Under the pieces are notes generated by a model that was not told where the DNA came from, searched no databases, and saw only the letters and a list, made by a program, of their open reading frames with translations. DNA of 64,000 nt from Podarcis vaucheri. Lineage: Eukaryota. Both the position numbers and the translations under genes were made by a program. How positions within the stretch are numbered: position 1 is the first letter of the stretch; every line of letters begins with the position of its first letter. The stretch lies in the NCBI GenBank assembly GCA_965113315.1, contig OZ220364.1; one strand, 5' to 3'. This document shows positions 32,431 to 44,622 of this stretch, piece by piece.

Positions 32431-35400
32431 AAGCTGATCTAATATCTCACCTCTTGTTCATTCCCCACCCCCATACTTAAGCATTAATTTATATACACGC
32501 ACAATGCCCCCACCGTTCATCTTACCGGATGAACAGAGGTGGGGGTGGCTTTAAGATCCTCCTTCTTCTCATCTTCTTCCAACCTACTCCCCACACACCA
32601 ATTTTAGTCAGCTGGGAATCAGTGAAGCTGCATTCCACAGTTATAAACTTCGGTGGAACATTTTAAGTGAGTAATGTTTAAGAGTCCTGCTGATGGTTTC
32701 TTGATTCTTCACATCCTGGGCACCAGCGAGGACACCTAGAAGTGTGTTTGAAGCAATAGTTTTGTCTCTCCCTGCCCTCCCTCCCCTGGAAGCCAGAATA
32801 TTGTTATGTGCATGGCATTCCTTGCTGGGAACTGTTGCTTCCTTGGTCTTTGTGAGATCTGCTGTCCTTGCCAGAAGAGCTGCCAGGCATGGAAAGTTAG
32901 CCATGCTCTGTCCACAGCCTCCTTGTATGCTGAGATCAAATACACATATTTAGTCCCTCTCCTACTGCAGACCAGCATATACACGATGCCTGCAGTTATC
33001 TCCTTGCTGTATAGTCCCTAAACACAAATGGATAGCCCTGGACTTTGGAAGCAGCAGTGCTCTTGTTCGGCTTTTCTTCACTAAAGTTTGCATTATGCCT
33101 GGGTAGGTGACAGAGATAGTATTGCTGTTGACTCAATTCCCTCTCCTTGTGGCAACCAGAAAACTGTTGCTCAAGCTTGTTCTCCTGGTCGGGGCTGCCA
33201 GACTTCAGGGCATTCACCGTCAGGTGTTTGTGGTTTGATCTTGCTCGAACAGCTGAATCTGTGATGCCACCCACACTTCTGGCCAGTGTGGCCAACTGGG
33301 AAGAGAACTCCAAAGGAAATCATGGACTGGAGGAGGAGCCAGCAAATAAGCAGTTCTAGCATTGATGCTGGGATATACCAGAGCAGGGGCAGCAGGTCTG
33401 ACCCAGGAAGAACTGCAAAGATCACAGCACATTTTCTTTCCTGCCCAGTTTCATTTGGCTGCTGCAATTCATTCCCCCAGTGAGTTGCGCTCCATGCACA
33501 CCAGCACGTGCCTATTCCCAGGAGCCAGAGAGGACAGAATGCAAGAGGGATTTCTGCAACTTCTGTTTTCTGCATTTTGCTTTGCTACATAAGCCACACA
33601 CAAGTGCCACCTACAGACAAGAGCTACCCCTTCTTATTGAGCAGAATGAGGTACTGCTTCTAGTGGCTAAAAGGGGAAACCCAAAATGGGAACCTCAAGG
33701 CTGGGGAAAGAGAGCCTCTCTCCCACCCTGCAAAAAAAGGAAGAGTGGTTTGTTAGCTGTTAACCTCTCCAACCAGAACATCGCAGCTTCAAGAATCCTA
33801 AGTCCAGGCAAATCCTTCTGAATGAATGATTTCCAAAGCTGTAAAATGGCTCTGTCCCATGGCTTTGGGCAGATATTTATGCAAGATGTCCAGCTGTCTC
33901 CATATCAGAATGACAGTGTTCCCAGTAAGTAGCATCCACTTGGGATATGGCCCATCCTGGCACGAGTGCAGCTGTGAGCAGCTGGTGGGATTGCCATAGG
34001 GGCTCAGTGGAACTCTCTCTCTTCCCCCTCGTTGCTGCACCAGAGCACACTAGCCATTAACTAGAACAGGAGGAATCCAGGGCACTCCACGGTCCAGGAA
34101 TTTGCACTAGAATTTGCTTGACAATGCAACAGAATTCCAGGTTGGACCCTCTGTTAGAGAAGGAATGTTTGCTGCAGAAACAGAAGCGGCTTTTACCTCT
34201 GCAGTTCACGTGCGTCTTTGAGGGGAACAGGAGGAGAAGCTCTGTTGGCTCTGTGGCACCCTCTCTGCATGTGCACAGCTTCCCAGTTGCTCTTCATTTG
34301 GGCATGGAAGGAAGACAACTGAGAACCATGCATAAACTGTTCTACTGGATAGAGACACGAAGCCACTCGGGCGAAAGGAAGCAGGGTGTACTTCTTGCCA
34401 CACACTATGGCCAGGATTCCACTCTCTACCCAATAGTTACTTGGACAAAAAGAGAGAGAAGCAGGGAATTCCATGAACGCTAGTAATGTGCCCACAACTA
34501 CTCATGGCCCAAGTATTTTGGCCTCTGTGGTTCCAGTCAATTCATTGTGGGTATAATTTGAGGTGGACCACGCACAAATTGCTCCAGTATCTTATCCCCA
34601 CCTGCAAGCACTCCTGCTAGTTTTACCAGCAGAGCTGGAAGCAACTAACTGCCACCTTGCAAGTTGTGTGGGAAGAACAGAAGAACTGTCATTGGTTACC
34701 CCTTCATCTTAATTTCTTTCTGGCTCAGGAATTATCCGGAGCTGGAGCCAACTGCAAGTGGGCAAAGGGGAGAAAGCCTGCTTTCTCACAGTGCCAGCTG
34801 CTTTGGGTTGTGAAGCATACATTTCTAGCACCTGTGCCAACATGTATTGGTGGCTAGGAGCCAGGCTGTGCTGTAGCCCACTGTGCTATTTGCAACATTA
34901 TAAAGTCATGTTTGCTATAAAGCCAGCACAGTTGGGTTTCTGCATTTGGATTAGTGATGCTTCCGCACTATTGAGTTTATTCTGGAATGGCCATTCTTCG
35001 TCCACTCACTTTTTACAGGGCAATCACATGACATTGCAATCAAATCATTCCCCTCCCCTCTTCTGCTTTTCACTATGTTTCTATGATTTTGTTTTGGGAG
35101 AATCTGATGTAAGAAGAAATGGAACAGCAGCACAGGGTTAAGCCACCTTGGTGCTGCCCTTGTGTTCCTTTTTCCCTCTTCCTCAGAGATCTGCTTTTGA
35201 CACGTGCAGTGGGGCTCCCAGCAACTGAACCCTATTGCTGCACCTCTTCAACTGTGGCACTCTTTCATTATTACCTTTTCAACCGGTGCCATTTGAGCAG
35301 CGTACATTTAAAAACAACAACAACAACAAAGCGTTCAAATGCCTTTTCACATTAAAATAAAATATTTGAGCAACAGCGCTTCAGTGAAAAGAGCATTTTA

Positions 35401-38194
35401 GCCCAAATTTAAATGTTGGTGATAAAATTAAATACCGTTGAAGGGGTTCATTAGCTTCACTGTTAGCCGCCCACCCACATGGCTATGTTAAGCCCATTGT
35501 TGTGAACAGAACATGGCAGGATGTACATGCACACATAGAACACAGCACCAGCTGAATTGGGGGAAGGCCTGTTGCAGTTGTGCATTTGGCTCATAGCAAA
35601 AGGGTAATGACTGGGTAGCACTAATAGCCCACAGTCTGAAAGCACCCTTAGCTGTGCAGTCCTATCTATGCATGTCTACTCAGGGTAAGTCCCACTGAGT
35701 TCAGTAGGACTTACTCCCAGGTAAGTGTGTAAAGAATTGCTGCTTAAGAGTACATTATTTATCATGTGGCCTCTTATAGCATCAGGAATAACCAACACTT
35801 GTTTTTATTTAAACAGCTATCCTTCCATCCCTTGTGGCTTTTGAAGCCCCATCCATTCATACCACATTCATGGAAAGCAAGTAGGTTGTTGCCAAATGCA
35901 GGATTCTCCCTGGCACCATGGGAATGTGAGTTAAGTCTACTAACCATCCATCTGCGCTGGTGCGTCTTTTCAAATTGCCCTCGCCATACCCTGGTGAGTA
36001 CAACCAGGGCTTTGTGTGTACTGCCATTCAGTGGAAAATGTGTTTTGTTTTTTTTTTTGTTCTTAAGGCCACAGAATACAATACTTGCTGCAGAATGTGG
36101 TTTCGTAAGAACCTCTTCTTTCACTTGGAAAGAAAAGCAAGTTTCTAGCCATTATGATTGCAAGGATAAGCCTGAACAAACCTCAGAAGCTGGAGAGGCT
36201 ACTGGTTCCCTGGTGAGGTTTAGTTGTTGTTCCTGCTGCTGCTGCTGCTGCTACAGGGCTTCAATAACCCCCTTCCTTGCCATGAAAGGGCAGGGAAGCA
36301 GAATACAGGTAGCATCAGCAAGATCTTGCAAATTTGCTTGATATATGTAATATATAGTCTATGTAGTTTGTCATACACAGCCCTCTTTCTATCAGTTTAG
36401 GGTGGAAGTTGAACGGTCCAGCTTACAATGAGGCTTGAGTTTCATTTTGGGCTTTATTTTGCTTCCCAACCTTATTGTTTCCTGGCCTCGGTTTTTCCCG
36501 TCTGTAAGTGTTATGGGAGGCCGGTCCCAGCAGGGCTAATAGTTGGCAAACCAGGCTTACTATGTAAGCTGTAGAGGCAGCTAAGGGGGACTCCCAGTGC
36601 TCCAAGCAACCTTTGCTCCGAAGATCATCCACGGCCAATAGTGAGACAACACACACTTCTTACCATATTCCTACAAGGGCACCTTGCATTTTATTTATTT
36701 AAATTCCATTTAAATTGTTAAAAACACCCCTAAGCTGTTTACATAAAATACAAAATGTTATGTTAAAAGTTACGATCGGTAAAAGTCAGGAATGAGAAGA
36801 AAGCATTAACAGAAGTGGAGGGGAAAGGTACCATTTCCAGTGTTCGAGGTTTCTATGCTTATGCCACTCTATAGGATCAGCAGCAGAATAAATTATGCAA
36901 AGTAAACAAATTGTGCAAATAAAGCAAATTTGCATGATTTATATAGGATGCAGAATTTACCTTTTTTATTTTAAAGCGTGTCGCGCATTGACTGCCTTAG
37001 CGAGCAAGGAGGGCATAGCAAGAGACCTTCACCCAAGATGGTTGTAAAGCAGATTGAGCCTGCTCACGCTTTACACCAGTTTTCATTGTCCAGCCTCCCC
37101 TTCCTCTGTAAGAAGCAGATGTGTCTCAGAACAGATTTTTTTTCACTATGAGAGAGCAATGCTTAAGTGCCTACAGAACAAGCAGATGAGGCCATGAAAC
37201 CTCTCTCCTTTTGAGGAAGTTGTCTACCACCAATGCTGGCTTTGGGTGGTGGAAATACTGCAAAACAGCATTTGCTCCAGAGCTGTGCAGCTTTTCATTT
37301 TCTAAACCCCTGAGACAGGTTAATTTAGATGCAATATCCAGAGCAAAAGTCAGTGGTAGGCATAAGATGACAAAACGACAAACCAATCCCTTTATCCACA
37401 TGGGTGCAATATGCCTCTTATGGGAAGAGTGGCTTTCATTCCAACAGGGCTGAGTGCTGTTATTCTCCAACTGGGAGACATTTGGATTGGAGGAACAGCA
37501 GCCACAGGCAGAAATGGTACTCCTCCCAGCATTGAGGTATAAAACTCCAGGCGATTTCACAAGGGAAGGTAGGCTTTATAGGCTGCTGAACACTACTGGC
37601 ACCTCCAAGCAAGCACACTAGGCAGTGCTATTTGCACGGGCCCCATTTTCACCTGATATACTCTGTATAATTACCCCACATTTCTTTCCGTCGTAGGCAG
37701 CTGTCGGGCATGGCACGGGTGCAACTGGTGGTATCAACATGGGCTGTTTTTGAGTGGGGTCTCTATCCGTTACACTTGGGTTCCTTCCACATTCGGTGAA
37801 ATGGGAGAGTGGAAGATTCACAGGCACAATGAGTTCCGTGGAGCGCAGCTTTGAGGGTGGGAGTGTTGCTAAGTGGCTACAGCGCAGTTCGGCCTCCAAG
37901 CCGCGTTCCTTTTGGCACTGCATTTGAACAAGAAACGCTTAAGGGTGTGTGTGGTCTATAGCATCAAAATGCATTCAGCACCTGAGAGGCTGCATGAAGA
38001 CAGAGCTAGAGAGCTATGTTTTGGATTGTGCTGGTTTTTGTTTTTTTAAAAAGAAAAGAGAGAGAGAGAGGCTATTTACAGTGTATATTTTATTGATACG
38101 GGTCATAATTGCTGTATTTTTTATCAGTGCTGATTTCCATACAGCTCCCAGCATGTGTGTCAAATACCATTGGTCCAATAATAATAACACTAAA

Positions 38195-38200
38195 AATAAA
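38195..38200 (+). terminator. Candidate distal poly(A) signal of AATK
   Basis: AATAAA preceded by a UTR-end-like U-rich tract with TGTA motifs (38070-38130). No transcript evidence. Confidence 0.35.
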
Positions 38201-38739
38201 ACATTTTTAAAATAAGCCATCTTCTGCTTGCTCTCATCGTAACATCTACTATGCGTTGAAGCCAGCATAATTTATTGGGGTTTCATAGGTTAAGCCACAG
38301 GCTGTGATAGAGGGAGGGCAGATGAGCTTACCTTGCGACAGGCACTGCTCCTTTCTCAGGAAGCAAACTCAGAGGTGCAGGAAAATCTGTACCTGCTGGA
38401 TTTCTGACTCATGCTAAAGGCACAAAATCCGGTGTTGTGCCAATACTCATGAGAGCGTCTGTTAGTCACTTTGTGTTCTAGACTTCTATACTGCTCTTGT
38501 GGATGGTGGCAAGCAAATTTTAAAACACCACTTTACAGCTGTAGTCAATCCCCACCTTAAGCCAGCAAGGGGGCTGTGTGAGTGTGAGTGAGCTCAGCAG
38601 CACATGGAGCCTTTTCAAATACTTCCTAGTGCCCTACCTGAACCTTATTTAGTAGCACAGGAGGATGGCTGGGAAGGTAGCAGAAAGGTTGAGGTTTTGC
38701 TATTGTGGGCTTGTTTGTTTTTTAAAGCAGCATCTAGAG

Positions 38740-38877
38740 CAGCCTTTCTCAACCTGTGGGTCCCCAGATGTTGTTGAACTACAACTCCCATCACCCCTAG
38801 CTAGCAAGGCCAGAGCTCAGGGATGATGGGAGTCGTAGTCCAACAACACCTGGGGACCCACCGGTTGAGAACCAATG
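38740..38877. mobile_element. Palindromic hAT MITE, same subfamily as 27887 in opposite orientation
   Basis: CAGCCTTTCTCAACCTGTGGGTCC...GGTTGAGAACCAATG. Perfect 8-bp TSD ATCTAGAG. Confidence 0.88.
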
Positions 38878-41800
38878 ATCTAGAGGAAACTGGCAAAGCT
38901 TGCATAACAAAGGCCACATGTGACACAACAAATATCCACAGCTTGCTTCCTAGGCAGTGTTTTACCCCCATTTTACAGAGCGCTAGTGGAAACACTTGAG
39001 TGGAGATAGTTGTGCCCTAATTAGTATAGGGGACCTTGGGGGGCTTGTTATTGATTTGCTAGCAAGGAGCAGGCTAAACCACCAGATTCCTATCAGTTTT
39101 GTACCTAGGCCTGGCCTGTTGTTAATCTGATGTTGAGTACAACCTATTGAAGCACTACTTTCATCTCATTCCCCAGTGGGGGGTTTTTTCGGGGGGAGAC
39201 AGGTTTGTATCCTTGTTATCTAGCTTATAGTATGAATTCTTCCAATACAAACAAGTCCACCTCTTCCTTAATTTTAACTCATGAAATAAGGGTCAAGGGC
39301 AATGGGCACAGTGTTGGGGGGGTGTTTGAAGGAACCCGTCTCCGTCTCCTGCAGTTTCAATAAGTGTTTAATTTACAGAAATGCTAAATGCTTCACAATG
39401 CAATTGGGTTAGTCTGTACCAGCAAGCAAGGAAGTACAGAAGTGCTGGGCCTCCTGTGAAGACCCGACTGCTGAGAGGCCACATAGCACATTTTACCTGG
39501 AGCATTAAATGGCTGCCACACTGCATTTCTGAAAGAGAAACAACTGAGCACTAATCCCTAGGGCACGTGTGGCTACATCAGCAAGGACTGGCATGCACAA
39601 GCCTTCAAGCTGGAGCAACAGAGAAGGGATATGGGGCTTGCCCGCAGTAAGTATTCATGAAGTTCTCCTACGTAATCTTGTAGATAGGTGCTTCCACTAC
39701 CCTTTTCAGTGTTCTACATGGAGCTGAAGTGTTTGGTAGCTTGTACCTTCTATTCATTTTTGCTACGAGCGAGCCAGCTGCTGACGGCTGTATTTCCTTC
39801 TGTTCTGGGTGACGGTGGTAGTTGCTGATGTAGACAGATAAATTTGATACCACAAGCAGCTGCTCAGTGTCCCTCTTCCAGCATGAAATGTTGGCAAGTC
39901 ACAGGGCACTTCTGGATCGAAACAGGCCGATTGTACGGTTGTTCCCGATTCTCAAAAACACATTAAACGTGCCCATCTCAAACACTGAGTTGCTGCATTT
40001 TAACTGGAGATTTACCGCCCTCCCTTTTGTCATGTAACACTAGTACTTTGTCCCTTAGGCACATAATGGTGTTCAAAGCCTTGAATTCACATGGTCTGCC
40101 TTTGCACAGAGGGTCAGAGGGCATGATAATATTATTAACCTAGGAAACCTCAAAGTCCAGGTGTCTTTATGCTGCCCGCATCTTGGTCACTTCTGCCAGA
40201 ACTAGAGTGTAACATTACTCTGCAAACTGGGCTGCGCTCCTGCAACCATTACTACATTGGGATGGGATACTTTCTACCCTTGTTGCTGGCTTGAGACAAG
40301 TGTGAATAAAGAGCTAGAAATAAATAATAATAATAATAAACCTGGCAAGAGTCTCGTCGTCTAAGTAGAATTTGACCTTTCTGCATAGTATGGCTCTGTG
40401 CCATTTCTCAAAATATAAAGCTCTGGCTGAGAAACCTCATCACACTCCTGTGGACAAAGCCCCGAGGTAATTATTAAGCGCAAGAGAGAAATATATTTCA
40501 GAGGGAGGAAGGTAATAGAATCAGGCAGGATACACTCAGGCACGCTGGCTGCAACAGCAGCACAGGACCTGCATGTTTACTCATAAGCAAGGAACGGCCT
40601 AGAATTGCAGCTGCCGGCCAAGGTCGGCATTTGCCAGATTATCTGTCCCAAACAGGAACAAACAATAATTGGTCTGTACTTAAAATACATTATCTCTGTA
40701 CAAAAATAAAGGCGTTGAGACATGTATGGAAGCACATCATGAGCATCAGTAAAAAATGCAAGCGACGATGCCTTTCCATGTAGAATACTAGCGAGATCTC
40801 AGCCCCTCTAAATGTGAGGCTGGCACTGCGGATGCATTTTATTTTTTTATTTTATTTGTTTTAGACTCTAGACTCTGTGCCCTCACTTTATATTACTCAT
40901 CAAACCTTCTCAGTTTGCATGTGTGTTTTATCTGAGAACCAAACAACGCAAGGCAGCTCTGTGGTTTTTCAACTTGAATCCACATGTGGCTGCTCTCTTT
41001 CCCCTAATGCTTATTATTTATTATTTATTAGGGCATACTGGCAGCAGTTAAGGAGATGGCCCATTTAACCCTTCTTTGGTAAACGTTTGCCTACTCAAAC
41101 AGACCAGGCTGCTTTCCCATGCCTGGAGGAGAGAGATACAAGGCCCACGGCTCATCTTCTCACCCACTTGCAAGAGAAACTCCTGATAGTCCTGCCTTGC
41201 CTGCCTGCCTTAGCAATCACATCACAACATGTATTTGCGTAGCTTGCCCCCAAATAACTTCTGACTGGGATTTTGGAAGAGGTGCCAAGGTGCCTGAGGT
41301 ATCTCATGGTAGGTTTAGAGATGAGAGACAGCTGCCACTTCCCAGGATGGATGGCTGAATTACCTTTCATTAGAAGTCAGATTGAGGATGAACTCCAGCA
41401 AGAGGAAACTTGGCCAGAAATGATGAATGTGCATCAGAAGCCAGTCCTGTGACCTCAGGAGTGATCTGCAAGTTGACTGCTGCTGTTAGGGGAGACAGTA
41501 GTACAGATCCCTCCTTTCCAGTTTGGACGCGCACGCTAACATCGCCCTGCTGGGATAGCCATGAGTGCTGTGCACTGAAGCTTTAGGGAACTTTGGTCCC
41601 TCCAACTCAACAGCATATGCAGAAGCTTCTTATGAATACATTCTAACATTCACATTGTAAGGAGCAGCTAGCCTGTGGTTCTCCAGGGATTTCTGGACTA
41701 CAAGTCCCATAATCCCTGACCACTGACCATGCTGGCTGGAGCCGAAGGGAGTACAACAAACCTAGAGGGCCAACAGCTTAGCCACCCCTGTTGTTAAGGC

Positions 41801-42548
41801 AAATGCAAGGGCATCTTAGAAGAAAAGCAGACTATAAAGAGCAACAAAAAGAGGAACTCTGCAAGGTCCTGGTTCACTGTCCAAGAGTAATACTAATGGC
41901 ATTGACCTGCAGTACCGAACTGGGGCCAGGCTGCCTAAGCTGGCTTCTTCCTGTGGCATGGACACTGAAACACTGCGCCAGGCAGTATGTGTAGAGAAGA
42001 ATTCCACTGGAAGAGGAGTTCAGGGCAGAAAGAGGGGTGGGCAGGAGAGAGAGATAAGCTAGCTTTGTTAACTGTTAGGGTTCTCCCCCAGCCTAGCTAA
42101 TTAGCAAGGAGTTCTATTGAGAAGGGGGCTGGTGCTCACTGAAAAGCAACTAAAAAGGGTGTTTCCCTACTTGATGCACCATAGCCATGTGCACACCACA
42201 TGAAAAATGTGGACATAACAATTTGACTATGATCAGGCACAGGATGACTGCCTTGTGAAGTTTGACCTGCCCTTTACTTCATTCCATACTTGCAGTGATC
42301 TGGACTGGTCATGAAAATTAAAAGGGTAACTAGAGGACTAACTTTTGGAGGTAACTAGAGGTAACTTTTGGAGTCTGGCTGTGCTAAGTTTAAGGAGAGT
42401 GGGCTACCCAGTGAAAGCGCAGCACGAGTCAAAATGAGCCAGTGAGTCTTCCATCTAGATAATGCGCTGCTCTGGCTGTAGAGCTGTGCAGTACAGACTT
42501 GCAGCTGCTAGCAGCCGCTGTCTGGTGACACCGGGCAGTGCTAAAGTT

Positions 42549-42587
42549 TTTATTGACAACCACTGAAGTCCAGAGGCTCAATTTATT
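42549..42587 (-). terminator. Tandem poly(A) signals for the BAIAP2 M/T terminal exon
   Basis: Two minus-strand AATAAA (42582-42587 and 42549-42554), about 450-490 nt past the M stop. Confidence 0.5.
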
Positions 42588-43038
42588 CAAATCCACACGT
42601 TTGATTGTGCTGAGAGACCTCCACAAGAGATTGAGAAATAAGATAATTGCAAAACGGAATGTCTCATCCTGCTCATACTATCTTTCCTAGCTTATTATCA
42701 CCCTTAGAAGGTTTTGAACATAAGTCTATAACAGAACAGACTACATGGCCTGGTTCATCGTTCTAGCTCTCCATTCACAACAGAGACAACATGTACTCTT
42801 TGAGGTACTTATCACTCCAAAGGCCAAGGTATATCTTCTGCTCTAAAGACAAAAATTAAAAAAAAAGAGTGCACCAACTTCTGCTTCCCAAGCAGGAGGT
42901 TGAGATTCAGTCTAACTACAAAAATAAAGAGTTGTGGAAAGATAGACACGTGTGCTTTACAAGGACACCACAGAAATGCCACACAGGTGAAACTCAAAAA
43001 GGTGCGAGGTACCCGCCGTCGCCCAATATCCCTGGAGA

Positions 43039-43108
43039 TCAGCTGATGAGAGGAGCAGAACGATCGTTCGTCACCGTTGGTTTGAGTTGGACATTGGCAA
43101 AAGGATTC
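43039..43108 (-). CDS. BAIAP2: BAIAP2 distal terminal exon, M isoform (WH2-like)
   Basis: ctctctgcag|G AAT CCT TTT GCC AAT GTC CAA CTC AAA CCA ACG GTG ACG AAC GAT CGT TCT GCT CCT CTC ATC AGC TGA = RNPFANVQLKPTVTNDRSAPLIS*. Confidence 0.94.
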
Positions 43109-44364
43109 CTGCAGAGAGAAAGCAAGGCTCAGCTTTAGTAGGAAGAACTTTAGGAATCAATTGGCCTACACCCAATGAGACAACAGGAAGAATGAGTGAT
43201 GCAACAAGGACCACAAGGACGCCTGCACAGTGCACACTAGAAAACACAGTTCCTGCTGCAAAATCAAGACAGCGTCAATTCAGACAAAAATCTTTTAACT
43301 ACTTGGAAGGTATCTTTGCCCTAGATGGCCAAATCTTAATGGCAAAGCATTTCAACGTTGGCATTCAATATATTTAAAATTGGGAATGGAAATTGTCGTG
43401 AAAGCGATTAGGAACAAGGACACATGGATAGACACGGGTTTGTCTTGTGCAGAAAGCAACACACACACACACCAGTGAGCACTTGCAACATCTCTAAAGT
43501 GAAAGCTCCCCTAAGTTGCGTAAGAAAAGATGTTTTGAGAGTTTAGGATATAAAAAGAGCCTGTCCGCTGGCCATCGCCACATCTTGCGCTAGAGAATTC
43601 CCTAGTTTTAACTATGTGCTGGGTGAAGAAGTACATGATAAAGAATCCCTCTCCTGATGGTAAATCATCTTTGCCTGACCCGTAATAACATGCAAGAGTA
43701 ATTACCATATGGACTCGGACCACGGCATTGGGTCATTATACTCTTGGTTCACGTTCACAATATGTTTGCTTCAGCCAATGTGGTCATTACTCTTACATGT
43801 TGCAGCCCCAATTACTTCATGGTTGGCATTTCCATGGCAATTGTAACAAGCTCTGGCAGGAAAAATGCAAGCTGCCAACAGTTCATAGAACAGAGACGGC
43901 CAAGAAAAATACTACGAGTCCCTTCAAAATTCAAGCTGGAGAGTCCCAGTGATTAAAATATTAAAAGAACGCCAATCCCCCCCCCCCAAAAAAAAAGAAT
44001 TGCTGGACTCTTCCACAACTGTGTCTGAAGTTCAGGCATGAGTGCCAGTCTTCTTGTGGCCAATAAGGCACTATCCAAGAGATATCATCAAGCTTGGGGG
44101 AAGCTCAAACTATTTAGGGGGGAAATTGCTTAAGGTGGAAACATCCCAACGAGGACCAAGTATGCTCACTGATCACAAAAGGCTGGCAGTTGCAGTGGAG
44201 CAAACAGAAAACCACGTGGGGAGGGGGAATGGAACAGGCCATGGCTGACAGACTGGAACCCTGAACAGGAGTCCTCCCCCCCCCCCCGGCACCATTTCAT
44301 TGCAAGTCCTGTTTGTTCTTCCACAAATCCAAGCCACCTATAAACAGAATGGCCATGTTAAGTA

Positions 44365-44622
44365 CCATATTTTTCGCTCTATAAGATGCACCAGACCACA
44401 AGACGCACCTATTTTTGGAGGAGGAAAACAAGAAAAAAATAATTCTGAATCTCAGCAGCCAGAACAGCAAGAGGGATCGCTGCGCAGTGAAAGCAGCAAT
44501 CCCTCTTGCTGTTCTGGCCTCTGGAATAGCTGCGCAGCCTGCATTCACTCCATGAGACGCACACACATTTCCCCTTACTTTTTAGGAGGGCAAAAGTGAG
44601 TCTTATAGAGCAAAAAATACAG
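44365..44622. mobile_element. Tc1/mariner superfamily (Tc2/pogo-like) MITE
   Basis: TIRs CCATATTTTTCGCTCTATAAGA and TCTTATAGAGCAAAAAATACAG, flanked by TA. Confidence 0.75.
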
